Positions 35,988-49,599 are shown, counted from the stretch's first letter. The stretch: 64,000 nucleotides of DNA from Catajapyx aquilonaris (GCA_000934665.2 KZ537972.1:124001-188000), one strand, 5' to 3'. The notes: generated from the sequence alone by a model not told the origin. A program made the numbers and translations.

Positions 35988-37013
35988 TCACTTAAGACGA
36001 TCGTCGAAGCAGACCGCAATCTTCTGGTAGCAAGCGAAGAAGAAGGCCAGGACGAATACGAAGGCGGACGTGACGTAGACGATGGCCAGCTGCACCATTG
36101 CGAAGTAGTAGACCGTCTTTGAGCACCACTTGTTCGGCTCGAAAAGTGTTGGCTCGAAGTCTGGGATGTAGATCTGATACACCCAGTAGTTTCCTAGGCC
36201 GAACCAGACGGCGAGGAAGACGCTGAGGGCCAAGTCAGTGGCTTTGGTACTTGCGGATCCGATGATCTCCTCGAAGTTGTCGTCCACGAAGGCCGTGTCC
36301 AGACGCTCGTACCTGCGAGACCGGATCTGCCGGCAGGTCACCCACAGCATCTTCATGAAGCCGAAGCAACCGCCCACCAGAAGGTATATCGGAATGTGCG
36401 GTTCCAGTGGGCAGTCGTTTAGGTACTGGACACCTAAGTCAGCAGGACATCCATATTAATTTTTTTTGAACCAAAAATAGAAATCTAGGATGTTCCACAT
36501 TTTTGGAGCCTTATTCTAACTTATGCATAGGTGGATTTTGGCAGATGAGGCACACCGCCTTTAAAAGCTATTATGAATTTATAGGCCCACGAGTATGAAA
36601 ATAGAAGAGCGGTGGGTGGGATTTATTGCAGGATAGGCCGCATAATAATGAGCCAAAATTTCCAGAACAAATTTGACATTACGGATTTGTAAATTAGGAA
36701 AAATTCAACTCACCCATCACAATCATAAGAAATGGAAGTATCGTGTAGCATAGCAGGATGAGGGTGACAAGACCTGCAAAAAAAACACCATATTAGTAAC
36801 CCATCACATCAAGTGACAATCCTTCCATGCAGCTTCCATGTCCAAACCTGTCCTCCCAATAATCCTGAGCGCTTTGCAGACAAAATCGCAGGTTCCGGAA
36901 GCCTCGATGTGTGCGTCACGCATTTGGTAGACTATGGATCCGTAGGACGACATCACCGCCTCTTCGTTCAGTTTGCTCTCGTCGCAAAGCTGACGACGGT
37001 CGTCTCCGGATAC
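35988..37013 (-). CDS. TMEM272: TMEM272-like conserved core (three 3' exons)
   Basis: Exons 37013-36848 (VSGDDRRQ...MSSYGSIVYQMRDAHIEASGTCDFVCKALRIIGRTG), 36773-36714 (LVTLILLCYTILPFLMIVMG) and 36433-35988. About four hydrophobic segments, with C-P-x3-IP-x-YL and W-x3-GNYW motifs. Confidence 0.9.
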
Positions 37014-40000
37014 CTGTCAATACACACAACACACATCTGGTACTTATATAGCCACTCTCTGCTTCGAAAAGTGTAGCCACTCTAAACAGCCACTTTTCCT
37101 AGGTGCGAGTGAATCGTAGCGTGCAACCCAACCACACGTACACTCTAGACACGAGAGGTGGGCCAGACCATCTACGAACTATGAAAAAATAGCAGTGGGC
37201 GTGAAGTAGTAAGACCACACCCAACTCTAGATGGAAAATGTGCCGCACTTGGACTATTTTTTTTAAAGTGGAAAAGCAGAATCGTTATCTAGGGGGGGAG
37301 GTCTGTAGCGGTCTGTAGGCTACAGAATTATTTCTATGATTGCGTGGGATTCGTAAAGTGCATTTTCCGGGATAAGAGGCTTTGGAAAAACTTTCCATTG
37401 GGCGGATAGAAAACTTGGCCTGCTGTAATAACTATTTAAAATGCTGGCTCCTATTGGCTGAAGTGAGCAGCATTATTGCCGCAGTACTATAGTGGAAGTT
37501 GTACATCCTTCTAGTGCCAATTGAGTTCCGGCGTCCGTTTCAGCAAGCGACGTGCAGGGTTCAAAAAAATAATAGCTTTCAAAAAAACTATCGTGTCCAG
37601 AGTGCAAGTTGGCATGTACTAGGTCCGGATAAAATGCGCTCTATCAATAATCTCTCGTGAAGGTGGCGAAGCACGCACTAACCAAAAATAAGAGTTCTTT
37701 TTCTCTCTCTCTTCCTATACGATCCATCTTGATAGACCTTTTCGAAAATAAAAAATAATTAATTGCAACTGCGGTTCAAGTTTAGCGATTAGCTGGAGTA
37801 AAGTCAAATTCCGGTATGCATCCACTTGTATGGTGCGTGTTTAGAGTTGAGGTTTTATGACACGGTGCGAAGTATTTACAAGGGGGCTGTTCCCCCATGT
37901 TGTTTTCGCTGTCCGTCACCCAAGCAACGTAATTTACTGGTTGTAGTGCTATTGAACCGTAGCATTGCAGGGCAATATTTAATTCAACCTCCAGTTTAAT
38001 TGATAAGACCCCCAACTGTTCGGGGGCATATGGATTTAGTTTCCAATTTTTGTGCGATTTTTTGTCTGTTAAAAAGCCATGAATTTGGCCAGAACTGGTT
38101 GGTCATGGCATTTGGCAATATGTTGGTGTGTGTGAGGCTGCTGTGATGACGAAGCCGGCAATTACGAGGTGTTTCGTGGCCTGTTTTGTGCAGAACCGAT
38201 CGAACAGGCAATGCCCGTATTGTCATCCGGTTTTAACACAAAATGCGGAATTCAGAGGCCACTGCTTTTACTGATTGCACCTGGAGTAAAGACGACAGTA
38301 TTATTTATTAGCCCTAAATCCACCCACTAACGATGTTAAAAAAGACACGATGCTAAAATAGGATCAACAACCAGCAGCCATAATCCAATCTGTCAACATC
38401 ACACGCTCTAGCCATAAAGTTTTTTCTGGACAAATTTTTTCTTAAAAGATATGCGGTTTTTGTTGGTTCATGTAATTGAACTTACGTTTTGGTGGGGGGG
38501 GGGTGTGATGACACAGGGCTTTACCTTTGTAAGGGAGGGGCATGTAATGCGAGTAACATGCAGGGTCTCATATGAATTACAAGTTTCGTGCCGCCTGATG
38601 GAAGCACGCTCTCATGATGGGGGAAGCCTCCTTATTTGCACTGCTAACAACTATATTGATTGGGAGTGGTTTTTTTTGTACAGAGTGATTAACTTACATT
38701 GCAAATGGCTAATTGAATTTGTACGAATATCCATAATTCGTATGATAATGCCAATGGGCATGTAGTACTACTTCCCCCCTGAGAGGGGCAGTAGTGTACA
38801 GCTATATGCACCACCTAGTAGTGGCATATCATCCTTCGTACAACGGGCCGGGCAGTGTTGCCAAACTTCTGGTTAAGAATAAACCAAATACGTATGCGAA
38901 GACATGTTTGGCACGAAATTCACGCCTTTAGAGATAAAAAGGGCGGGCTCAAATTAGTCAGTTTGTCGCCCATGAGGTGGCGGGATATATTACATAGCGC
39001 ATGCAAACTGTTACGTATAAATAGAAGGGGCTAAATCTGCTCATAAAGCGGCTATTTTGCGAAATACCGTGCACACACTCTTATTCTGCAAGGTTCTTCG
39101 ATTCTCGATGCTTGCAAAGCTGGACAAGCATATAACAAGTGCAGTTTAATTTTCGAGACACTTGCGCAATTTTTTTATATTTGAAGTCTATTGATTCATA
39201 GTTGAGGTTTTATGCTTTTTTATGGACACACGCGACTATGCATAATATATGAGCATCGAAAATATTGGAATCGCCTGAATATTGTCAATGTGAGTTATAG
39301 CCCTGTATTTTGCATGTGGGAAAAACTGCAGCTTGTCATCAAAATACTAACTTCAGGCGCCTTGATATCACCCCAAGTCTTATTGAATATTTCAGAAGCC
39401 GCTCTCCGGTGTTGCCTTGAAAGGTAGGCTTGAATCCAAATTACTTTTGCCGGATTGAACCGTAATTGGAAATCTATATTTTGGGTATTATGAGTGACGG
39501 TGAAGCCCAACTCTTTTGGATATACTCACCCGGCTATTTGGTGTTACGTTTTTTTTCCCCCTGTCTTTTTATTACTATTAGGTGCGTGTGTACTTTTCAT
39601 GCATTCCGCCCCGCTTCTGAGGGAAGACTTATCGGCTAATTAATGGGGGGATTACCGTGGATTACGATGACGCCTAGAGCATTTTATAGGTGAAAAAGGT
39701 GGCAACCCTGCCATGTGCTATTCATGCGTCTACTTCACGTAAAAGGACTACAACTCAACCCCAACTATTTTTTTGCTAGTCGTATATTGCAGAAAGTACC
39801 GTATCGCAAAAACCTTGAGATGTTAGATTTACGTCGTTGGTTTTTTTTTCTTACCGTGATTAAATGCGATTATCTTGGACCGTGATTTATGTGTGCATGA
39901 CCTGGCGGTCACGTATGAGGATATTGGCAGAGGAGGTGAAGGACTTTGAAAATTGATTGTGTTCTCCAAGTGCGCGGTGAAATCAAGCTGGGAAGCATTA

Positions 40001-43000
40001 ATTATAGTAGGGTGTACAATATTAATCAATGAGGTGGTGATTAGCCGCATAACACAGTACTCGAATTTCCGTGACTGATGGACGTTTCTTGTACAAGCGT
40101 GTGCTTATTTTCCGTAACAGGCGCAAGTATTTAGGTGACATGCTAATGCTGTTCTTGCCCGTGAATATGACTGAATTGTAAATATATACTAATTATACCT
40201 AAATAATCGGTATTGTAACTGAGGGATGGTCGAAATATTCACATAACGACAAGATGTTATGAAATCATCTTCGGCTACTGTATACTTAAAATCTTGGAAA
40301 ATTCAGGTTTGCTGTATTTATAAAGCAATACTTCGATACAAATGTATTCTATTTCTGTTGAGAATTATTGGAAAGTAACATGCTTTTCAGGAAATCGCAA
40401 TATGGGCACTTTAGGTATCGTAGTGCTTGAAGTTTATTTCTGTATGAAATCGGTAAGTTATTCCTAGAAATGGAAAATCCCAGGGTTAAAATGCAACCGA
40501 ATTTAGCACAGACCGCCCCGAACCCCGAAACCGAAACTCCATATAAATATTAGAACACCTTCTCAAACCCGTATTTCTGAACTAAAATAGCCCTATTACG
40601 TTGCGTAATTTCAAAGTAAGAATACCTCGTTACTGCACTTATATTATTACAGGGGAAAAAAACCTATTAGATAAAAGTGTTCCATCACGGTTTTTGTAGT
40701 CACACAACATACGGGATTAAACTTTCACCTTTCCCTATCCAAAATTAGCAACCACAATATTGTTGACCCCCTACTTACGCACGAAATTGCGAACCACAAT
40801 AGCAATTTGCACAAACCTTCCCAATATCTCACCACACAAAAGTCCCTTAAACTATTATCCTGGCCGATATGCAACCATCCTAGTACGTGAAATTGAGAGG
40901 AAATATTCACCTTGCTAGAGTGCTTTTTTGATCTATTTTTTTCTGCTTCTAAACCATACAGTACATCATGGTAGTCCGGAAGCGGTGTGCAACTAGTGCA
41001 ACCCCTGAGGTGTGCATGAATAAACAAATCCAAGCTTACCTGTCGAAATCCGTCGACATGCAAATATCCGTTTGCCAATAAATTTTCGGCAAAAAAAAAT
41101 TAGGGATGTAACCACCCCTCCCCCAAATTTCAACCCCTTTTCTATTAGACTATTTTCTTGGCCAGCCCGCTTAGTAATAGAGCTCGCATGATGGCGAACT
41201 TCACGTCTCTTTTGTAGGCCAGCCCTCCCTATATAAGCCCAACCCTGGCTGGTCTCTCCCCCACCTTCCCCCCCTCAGGGTTGCCAGGTTTTCGTATAGG
41301 GCTTCACAGGTGGACAATGCACCTTTGCCGGCTTCCTTTGCTTTGATATGGGCGTGTGTGCTATGAGAGTGGGAGGGCTTTAATGTCATGAGGTCACAGT
41401 TTAATCAGACGCATCTAAATTGCTGGGGTTATCATGTACGCACGTGGGATTTACATTTTTCATTCTTCATGTTGTCGATCATATGGCCGGTGTGTAAATC
41501 GAAGCAACTAGGGCCATATGACTTTATCAAAACTAGGCTATCTCATATTGCCAATATATGGAACATTTTCACATTTGGTCCATCTCCCATTGGGCAAGGT
41601 CAGCTGGAGTCACTGAATATGATTTTCATATTTTCTGAAGGATTCATACCTGGTTTTGATAATGATCTACTCAGACGGAAATAAACCCCGGAGAAATCCC
41701 ACACTAACACGTAGAGCTCTTTTATTAGTCCAAGCTTCCAGGTCATGGCTCGAACTTAAATATTACCTTTTGACCCAAACTTTGGTCGTTAAAACCAGGT
41801 TGAAAAGAGCGGCGGAAGATTACCGTGGGCATAGCGCACACTTATTAATATCCAACTTTGCAGTATAGGCTATATCAGAGTGACCCATCTGCATCGGTAA
41901 GGGCTCCGGCCAAAATGGGTAGGATTACTATTTAATGTAGCGTGCCCGGATTACGACTGACATTGGCCGCATGCAGTTTTCAGTGCACCCCCCCTCTTTA
42001 TACGGTATATTTTCAGGGCGGGAAGCACGGGGTCTTATCTCAAGGGGGGAAAACGTGGTCTAAAGTATGACAAGTAAGGCTAACAAAGAAGTTTGCTTTA
42101 GTTTAGGCCAAGTTGACCGACATGTCGTGCCGGACAACACGATCAGTTTAGTGTATTTATAGTTTTTATTTGTGCTGTACGTTCTAACACCTATTAGTAG
42201 ATGGACATTAATTCCGTCATACTGCTAGCGACATTTTTCGATGCGGCATACGTGCAAATTGAAGTGCGAACCGTGCGAGTAAGAAATGGTAGCCATTGGG
42301 TGACGTCACTGGCTGGATACAAGCCTTTTCTCCATTGCCCCCCAGCCAGTGACGTCACTCAAGGGCTACCATTTCTTACTCGCACGGTTCGCACTTCAAT
42401 TTGCATATCTGCCGCATCAGAAAATGTCGTAAGCAGTATGACGCAATTAATAATATTAATTACAGTTTGACCTACACTTAAGACAAAATAATACGGTGGA
42501 TTGTTTCGACTTCTTTTCATAAAAAAATAAGTCGAAACAATCCACAGTAACATGGTTACACATCAGACATGTCCTGATATGCGAAACCTATATTATTGAG
42601 GCAGCCCATATGGGGAGCAGCCACATATTAAGCCCATTTGATCTAATGACAACAGATTGGTCTTGTAATGTGGAACCAGACCGCCCATTGGCTCGAGTTG
42701 GAAGGGGTTTCAGTCAGGAAAAAGACAGTCCTCAAGTGAAACATGTCAAGGACAGCAGCCATGTCATATTCATGGCCCTTTCGCGTGCTGGAAGAAAAGA
42801 GCTCCTTCAGAAATAGATCTTGTATCGAAAATATTGCCTGCTGTTAATTCCTGATCGCCAGTTTCATCACTGTCACCGCCTCAAAGTTTTTAAAAAGCCG
42901 AGCGAGGAAATCAATATGGCGATGATGGAGGCTTGCACTTTTGTCCACTGTTTGTCCCCTGTCATTTTTCTCTGTCCCTGTAGGAACATGGCAGGTACTC

Positions 43001-46000
43001 ATCGACGACACTCGCTTTTTTTTTTGTTCCTATTTGACAATCGGACGGACAAATGGCGGATACAATCGATCAATTCTCGGTGCGGCAATTAACTGACGTT
43101 TAATCTGGACGCGTCCTATCCCTTGTTTGATTGAAATTGGACACGTTTGCAGTCAATCAGCGTACTTTTGTGTGTAACTCGATTACGTTTGTTTTGCGCC
43201 AAAAAGTGTTTGCTCGAACCGATTCGAACGTGTGAAAATCTCGTCTCCGAAAAGTTCCGGTTCAATTTTTTTTAACGTTGAAGTCAATAGATTTGTCATT
43301 TACTATGATCATAGAGTAGTTCGGACACCTTTGAACGAAAATTGGCATATTTATAACTTTCGGGCACTTTCTGGGTCAATATTGACATGTATGGAGGACC
43401 GATTAACCCTGATATGTCTGAATTATTTTTTGAATGTTTTTCAAATATTTTGAAATAGTTCAATTGTCAAAGATTTTGAAATATTTCAATTGTCAAATAT
43501 TTTCAAATATTTCAATTTGTCAAATATTTTCAAATATTTCAATTTGTCAAATATTTTCAAATATTTCCATTGTCAAATTTGTATTTTTTATTTTTCAAAT
43601 ATTTTAATTGTCAAATTTGTATTTTTTCATTTTTCAAATATTTCAATTGTCAAATACGTTCAAATATTTCAATTGTCAAATATTTTCAAATATTTCAATT
43701 GTCAAATTGGTATTTTTTATTTTTCAAATTTTTCAATTGTCAAATTGGTATTTTTTATTTTTCAAATAGTTTTAAATATTTCAAATTTTAAATATTTTAT
43801 TTCTATGAATATATGAAGAACTAAAAAAAAGACGTCCTAGATATAGGACGCTAGGCATATCTGGGTTAAATGGCGACATTTAAACGTGACAATTAATCGT
43901 GTCTGTCTAATACCCTTTGACTTACACAGCTGCTGGCCCTTCGTGACCCCGGTTCTGACCCGGGTCTTGAAGGGCAGTAGGCCAGGTTGAGGTAGGGGCC
44001 ATAAGTGGGCACGGTCAGCATCGTTTGACTCGGTTGTGGGGTCAGGTTGGTGGTAGACGTCGCGAAACCCGCCGACGTCGGGTCTCCCACTGAACCTGTA
44101 ATTAAATATTAGCCTCTAATTAGCCCTCTTGCATAACAAAATTCCTTAACGAGCCAGAAGCCCTGAAGGTAGTTGTGGGAACAGCCGGGAGATGGAGGAA
44201 TATTGGCTTTTTCGCGCGCCAAAAATGTGCGGATTTGGCTTGAGGGTAGCCACCTGCAGTTACATGCCGCAAGCACGTTGTCAGCACAATGAGTTCACAC
44301 TGTTGTCGTTTGGTCGTTGTCGTTCTTGTCATGTAGAGGTACCAGGTCAAGTTGGGTTCGCAACAAACCAACGACAACGACACTCATGTGAACCTCTCAA
44401 TGACTTGTGTCGTTACATTACGTTCACCTCTGAATCCAATTAGAGTCGAACTTGAGGTTTCAGAGTGACATAACGTGGGCTGTACCGGATGTAGCCAAAG
44501 TATATTTAGATTCGTATTGATCAGAGAATCACGGAGTACCGGCGTGGTCACTCCAATTGCCCTTAGACCGCTTCGAAATTGCTCTTTCATCCTGGCCACG
44601 TTGCCAATTTGCATGTAAATGCAAGCAGTGATTTTTATAGTTAATTTCTTGTGTTTCTCCCAATGGGGTAAGTAAAATAAATAAATAAATAAATAAATTT
44701 TTGTACAGAATCATCACAAATGTAAGCTTAATTATTTTTAATTTAACCCTTACAATTTTGTTATTTTTTTATTTAATTGCAGTCACCTACTAATTCGGTT
44801 TGGAGCACCCTGTAGGTTCAATTCCACACCAGCTTATCCGGAATAGCTAACTGTTCCAATAATTTGGTCGAAAGCACTCGACACGGTTTCCTTGATTTAT
44901 TTATCACCCAGTTCTGGTTAGGACAGTCTTTGGAGGAGAATACAGGGTTGGAACTACCTCCACTTTGCTAAAAAAAAAAAACTATCTGAGGACATTCGGA
45001 AAAATCTGACAATGGGTGTTCCGTGGCATGAAATCGTGTGGTGTGGGTGTTTGCTGGTGACCTGCTGGCCGAGGAAAGTGGTTGGCAAAAGATCGATCCA
45101 GGGGTTGTGAGTGGATGGTGCTTGGATGGTGAGGGGGNGGGGGGGGGGGGGGGGGGGGACGCTCAGGCAATCAGGTCCACCCACCCCTTCTCTCCTTACC
45201 TTCCTTTCTTATCAGAATCTCTGTTTTTTTCCCGGGGAGGATCCGGGCACACCATTTTATCGGGGAGGAACATCCGGTTTTTGATGATACACATTACTAG
45301 GAATAGTGATCGATCAATTGGTGATATTATCAAGGAACAATGGGAGGGAAGCACTTGGCGTATGAAGATAAAAGGATTCGGGTGCTGATTGGATGGGCTG
45401 TTGACATCGGGCATTGTTGAGGTCGACAGTTCGATAACCAAAAATTTATATTGTCTAAACACTGATTAGGTGGATCACAATACACACATAATTTGATAGT
45501 TATGTCATACATTTTCCGAATTTTTAAAATGCTAGTTGTCCACCTCGTATAGAGTCCCTCGCTCCAGGGGTCAGGTTGGGGTAGATAAGGTTGGAAGAAG
45601 GGCGCGGAGTCATGACAGTATGAGGAGGATTGGAGAGGATGGAACTAATTAGAGACCGGGGGAGGGGGGGGGGTGGAACTGGTATATCGTATTGAAATTT
45701 ACCAGATAGAGCAACACCCTGCATCGTAAACTGGAGCATGTAAATAATAGATAGAGCGTTGTAGGTCATGAAGCTTGAACGTAAGCTGTCCGTATAGGTA
45801 TGCAAAATGGAGGCGGAGAGAATTCATCGCTTGCTAATGAGCCGCTCGGTTCAGGCAAAATTCATCAGAGGCAAGTGGGCAGGTGAGATTTAACGAGTGG
45901 AAAGAAAATTGTCCGGAGCTCTCCGGTGTCGGAGAGTTGAATACCCTTCAACCAAATTATGTGTTATCTAGAATCTCCCACCATAATGGAAATGGAGGCT

Positions 46001-46810
46001 GGAGAGCGTGTGTTGATGAGTGGTACGAAAATTAGCCGAATATTAAAATTTTCTGACTGAAATGACGTGAATTATTCACTCATTTCTAAGCCTGTAACTC
46101 CCTAGTGAACAGTGATAATGCTAGTAGCATTATCTGAAAAGAGCTTACATATAGAGCAATTTGAAGCGCCATTTCTGACGTTTGTCCCGGTCAGGGTCAT
46201 TTCAACAGTGGTAACGACGCTCCAGAGACGCGTACACGGTCCGTTTCGAGGTACGTGTTTACGCAAGAGGCAGCCTTGAAGCATGTGTGCATAAGAGCCC
46301 TTCAGCACAAAAAAGTAGAAGAAAACACCTCTAATTTAATTCCCCTAAAACCGCTCTCGCTCTCTGAAACCGGCAAACAATTAAAGAAAGTGCTGTTTGT
46401 ACTGTTTCTTTGAATAATTGAATCGGGCAACTTTGAAGGGGAAAAAACTAACGCGCTCTGATCCTGGATCCGGGTTGTGGTGCGGCCAACAACGTGGCTG
46501 CATTTGCTGAAGCCACGCTTCCTCGGTGGTCCCTGGAGCCTCCAGGTACGGGGGTGCTGGTACCGCTTCCTGAAGGGGATACTCGGGAGAGGGCGGAGGT
46601 GGATGCGGCGGTGGCCCCTGTGGCCAACCCCGTGGTCATTACGGAGGCGGAGCTGGCCCTCCGTTGCTGAGAGGCCAGGGTGATTCTGGTGGAGGCACGG
46701 CGACCGGTGTAGCGTCGAGAGGCATTGCGATGCAACATGGATCCCTTGCGGACCAACATTGACATAGCATGGGAAGGGCGCCTTGGGTGGAAAACGGTTG
46801 CTAGAAGCAC
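35988..46810 (-). CDS. TMEM272: TMEM272-like multi-pass membrane protein with long N-terminal extension (5 coding exons)
   Basis: Minus-strand exons 46810-46453, 44095-43926, 37013-36848, 36773-36714 and 36433-35988 (TGA), all with canonical AG/GT ends and matching phases (1,0,1,1). The core ...LPFLMIVMGVQYLNDCPLEPHIPIYLLVGGCFG...FLAVWFGLGNYWVYQIYIPDF...WCSKTVYYFA is the TMEM272-family pattern. The likely start is ATG 46765 (MSMLVRKGS), giving ~384 aa. Confidence 0.8.
38851..39712. mobile_element. Candidate MITE with GGCAG(T/G)GTTGCCA termini
   Basis: GGCAGTGTTGCCA at 38851 and TGGCAACCCTGCC ending at 39712. No TSD is evident. Confidence 0.3.
42207..42451. mobile_element. Foldback/MITE-like long inverted repeat (~110-bp arms, 25-bp spacer), TTAA at both ends
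   Basis: 42207-42316 is the near-perfect reverse complement of 42342-42451. The ORF track shows QIEVRTVRVRNGS on both strands. Confidence 0.8.
42496..42545. repeat. Short perfect hairpin (17-bp stem)
   Basis: gtggattgtttcgactt ... aagtcgaaacaatccac. Confidence 0.8.
43403..43869. mobile_element. Non-autonomous piggyBac-type element (TTAA TSD, CCC...GGG termini) filled with an AT-rich tandem repeat
   Basis: TTAA|CCCTGATATGTCT at 43403 and AGGCATATCTGGG|TTAA ending at 43869, with 11/13 TIR identity. Confidence 0.65.
43435..43800. repeat. AT-rich minisatellite built from TTTCAAATATTTCAATTGTCAAAT-like units
   Basis: Repeated tttcaaatatttcaat(t)tgtcaaat motifs at ~27-40 bp periodicity, which produce the spurious SNIFKYFN-repeat ORFs. 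Confidence 0.9.
43926..44095 (-). CDS. TMEM272-like exon 2 (RSVGDPTSAG...GSRRASSC)
   Basis: TTACAG acceptor, TGT|GTAAGT donor, GC-rich open frame, and phases fit both neighbouring exons. Confidence 0.78.
45200..45800 (-). mobile_element. Possible decayed LINE AP-endonuclease fragment
   Basis: Minus-strand remnants QGVALS (cf. GGGVALY), LCVYCDPPN (cf. GVCYRPPN) and DVNSP (cf. GDFNxP), in the expected order. Confidence 0.3.
46453..46810 (-). CDS. TMEM272-like exon 1 (Ser/Arg/Ala-rich, putative start MSMLVRKGS)
   Basis: TTCCTCAG acceptor, C|GTTAGT donor, GC-rich open frame of 119 codons plus 1 nt that joins exon 44095 in frame. Confidence 0.72.
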
Positions 46811-49599
46811 CTGAGGAAATGGAACAATAGAGACGATTCAATGGGAGATGCTGCGGGCATGGCCTAACGAACCATTAGTTTTGAGAACGAGGCGTGGGAG
46901 AGTGTACAGGCGGATATGAGCCCCCAATATCTTTGAGGGATCAACTGACGCACCAGCAGCCAATAAGGACCTGAATGGGGTTGCTTGAATGTCTGCACGC
47001 TATGTTGGTAGTTGCGTCTACAAAGCTTATTATGGATCCGTTCTAGCAGGTCCAGTACACATTAATAATCTCATTTGCAACGTGTTCAGTAGTTTATGAC
47101 GACAATAACTGGCATATATTAAATCTGGGATTTTTTCTGTGTTGGCTACGTCGGATTCTGTGGATATGAGTTTTGGCAGTTTTCCTCTTTATTTTCTCCC
47201 ACAGCTTGTTAACTGTTACTGAAAAGGACATGTTTATCTCATCTGGATATACGAACAGCTTGTAACAGATGATAGGGCCAATACGCATTTTTCATTGTCA
47301 TACCCTCGTAACAATGAATAACGATGAAAAAGTGCCACTATCACACTTGTTGTTCTCACTCACTGTGGCCTGGACCACATAATTTATCATTTAACATTTA
47401 ACAATTTTCTAGCCTCACGGAATCGCATGATAAACACCATGTATACCCGAAGCGATAGCTTATAACAGTCTTGACCCAACCTGTTACTTCAGTACCACGA
47501 ACCACGTCAACCCAGACGCAATGACGCTGTCGTGCTATCAACACAAAGTCCCTCAGAAATAACCATGTGTATGATGTGGAAACTACGCACTAGCATGTCC
47601 ATCAAACGTCACTTGTGCATTGGCTCAAGTGGCAGCAGGCTGGAATTTTAATGCACCCTGGAGAAAACATTGTGTTCTAAAACGCTACAATTTAGTGGTA
47701 GTGTTTTTAATGAGCTTTAATGAAAATTGAAGCTTAAACCCTTTTACAGTATGTTACTAATTTTTTCCCCTCTAGTCACGATTAGCTTGATTAGACCACA
47801 TACTCTTCAGTGCTCAATGTAGCCCAAAGCTCTATTAAAATAAATCATTACGTAGAAGGTATTTAAAACGCCAGAATTACATCGTGACTAGATATTGCAA
47901 TGATATGCTAATTAATAAATTACTTCTTATAAATAGTAATGAATAGTTTACAACTATGAAAATATTTTAGCTGTGTCCTCTCAAAAGGGCGCTGCCCTCT
48001 AACCAGCTGAACAAATAACAAAAACTCGGATATTGGCCGCTCTATTGATGTCCCACATAAATGAGAGTCACTGTCGTTGTTTGCCTTGTACAACCTCATG
48101 ATTACACTAGCATAACTTAAGTAACCAACTCCTGTCTGAATATTTACTTCCAATTAAGGTAACTCGGTTTTACTAATGACCTGAACAGCGGAGGCCGAAG
48201 GGTTTCAATAGCTATAGGGGTAACCTCCACATCATTACCTATCAAGTGAATAATCAGTACTCTGGTTAACTAGCTCCAATGAAGGGACTGTGTACCTCAA
48301 GTATTTCAATTGCATCGGGCGTACGTACCGGTTTTGAGTACCGAGTCCGATTTGAGTTGCGAAGCTCCAGAAACTAAGTTGACATTTACTACAAGAGATA
48401 AGGGTTTATTCTCGCCCTCCTGCTGGTTTACCCCCACCATTCAAATCGATTTGTGATACTGGGTTACCCCCTCCCAACACAATAGCACAACTCCTCCGTG
48501 AGCACGTTTTAATCAGACCTGTTAATTAATTATGTAGCGTGTGAAAATATGCTCCCGCATGCAAAAAAGTCTGTTACATTTTTTAGAGCATCGATTAGTT
48601 TAAAGTAGTTATTCCACCTGCTCACCATGTTTCGGTTTTCTATAGTAGGTTGGCGACACGTATTTTTGTCGCCATTTTTGGTCCGAATTAACCCCTGCCA
48701 TTTCTGCCACCCGTTGCACAAGTGTGGCTATATGGTTGCTATGAACAGATAGGATAAATATTTTTGCTTTTACAACGCGATCATGAAATGCTCTTAGGCC
48801 AGCTAGTCACACATTGAACAAAATAACTGTTCCAGGCTATACTGAAGCACAGTAAAAATAACTGGGACATTCGGCAGGATCATTCACCTTTATATATTAT
48901 GCATTGACTGTCGGTATTCGGTATTGGCAAGCTGACAGTAGGACTGAAAACTGGAGCAGCTCAGGAGACTTAACACTGTTGCATACACCACTTTTTTGCC
49001 AATCCCAAATGACTTTTTTCCCAGGCGTATGTTTCCATGACATCTAGCACTTGGCAATTAGTCCCCAGGCTTTGTAGTCGTACCTCATTATAAGGCTACT
49101 AGGCCTCGAAAACAAGCACCCACGCATTTTGGTATAGGAAAACTCTCCTGCTGTTTGCGCCCAATTCCAATCAACCATATCTCATTACAACTATCCTACC
49201 TTCTGAAAGGGTTGAGCAGCGTGAAACATTTAATTCACTCAAATATTTTCAAGGCTCTGTCGTCATCCTTTTGTTTCTCCGGCAGTAAATTACTATTCTA
49301 GGACAATTCCTCTCGGTATGATGCTCATTGTCACTAGATCCGCCGCGGGAACCTCCTTTACACGAAGATGAATTAGCCCTAGAACGCACGATAGCTTTCT
49401 CCGTTATGTAATTAGCACAACAAAACGAGTCTCATTTAGCATGCATATGAAGCAAGCTGGCAGGGGTCGACCTTCACTTAATTCCTACTTTAAAAAAAGG
49501 CCTAATGATGAAGAATAGACTATTGTAACCAGACTTCAATTAAAGCTGTAATGCATATGCATTTTAAAGTAAGCCCAATGGGATATAAATTGAGGAATT

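Noticed and set aside
36813..37076. Plus-strand ORF containing VDYGSV
   Set aside because: Antisense to the TMEM272-like exon 37013-36848, which has proper splice sites and family similarity.
43435..43800. Repeat array as a possible CRISPR
   Set aside because: Tandem degenerate units without unique spacers, eukaryotic context and no cas genes.
43490..43816. ORFs with SNIFKYFN repeats
   Set aside because: Translation of an AT-rich minisatellite.
46302..46841. 179-aa ORF in the alternative minus frame
   Set aside because: Its frame does not match the phase of the downstream exon, whereas the 46448-46810 frame does.
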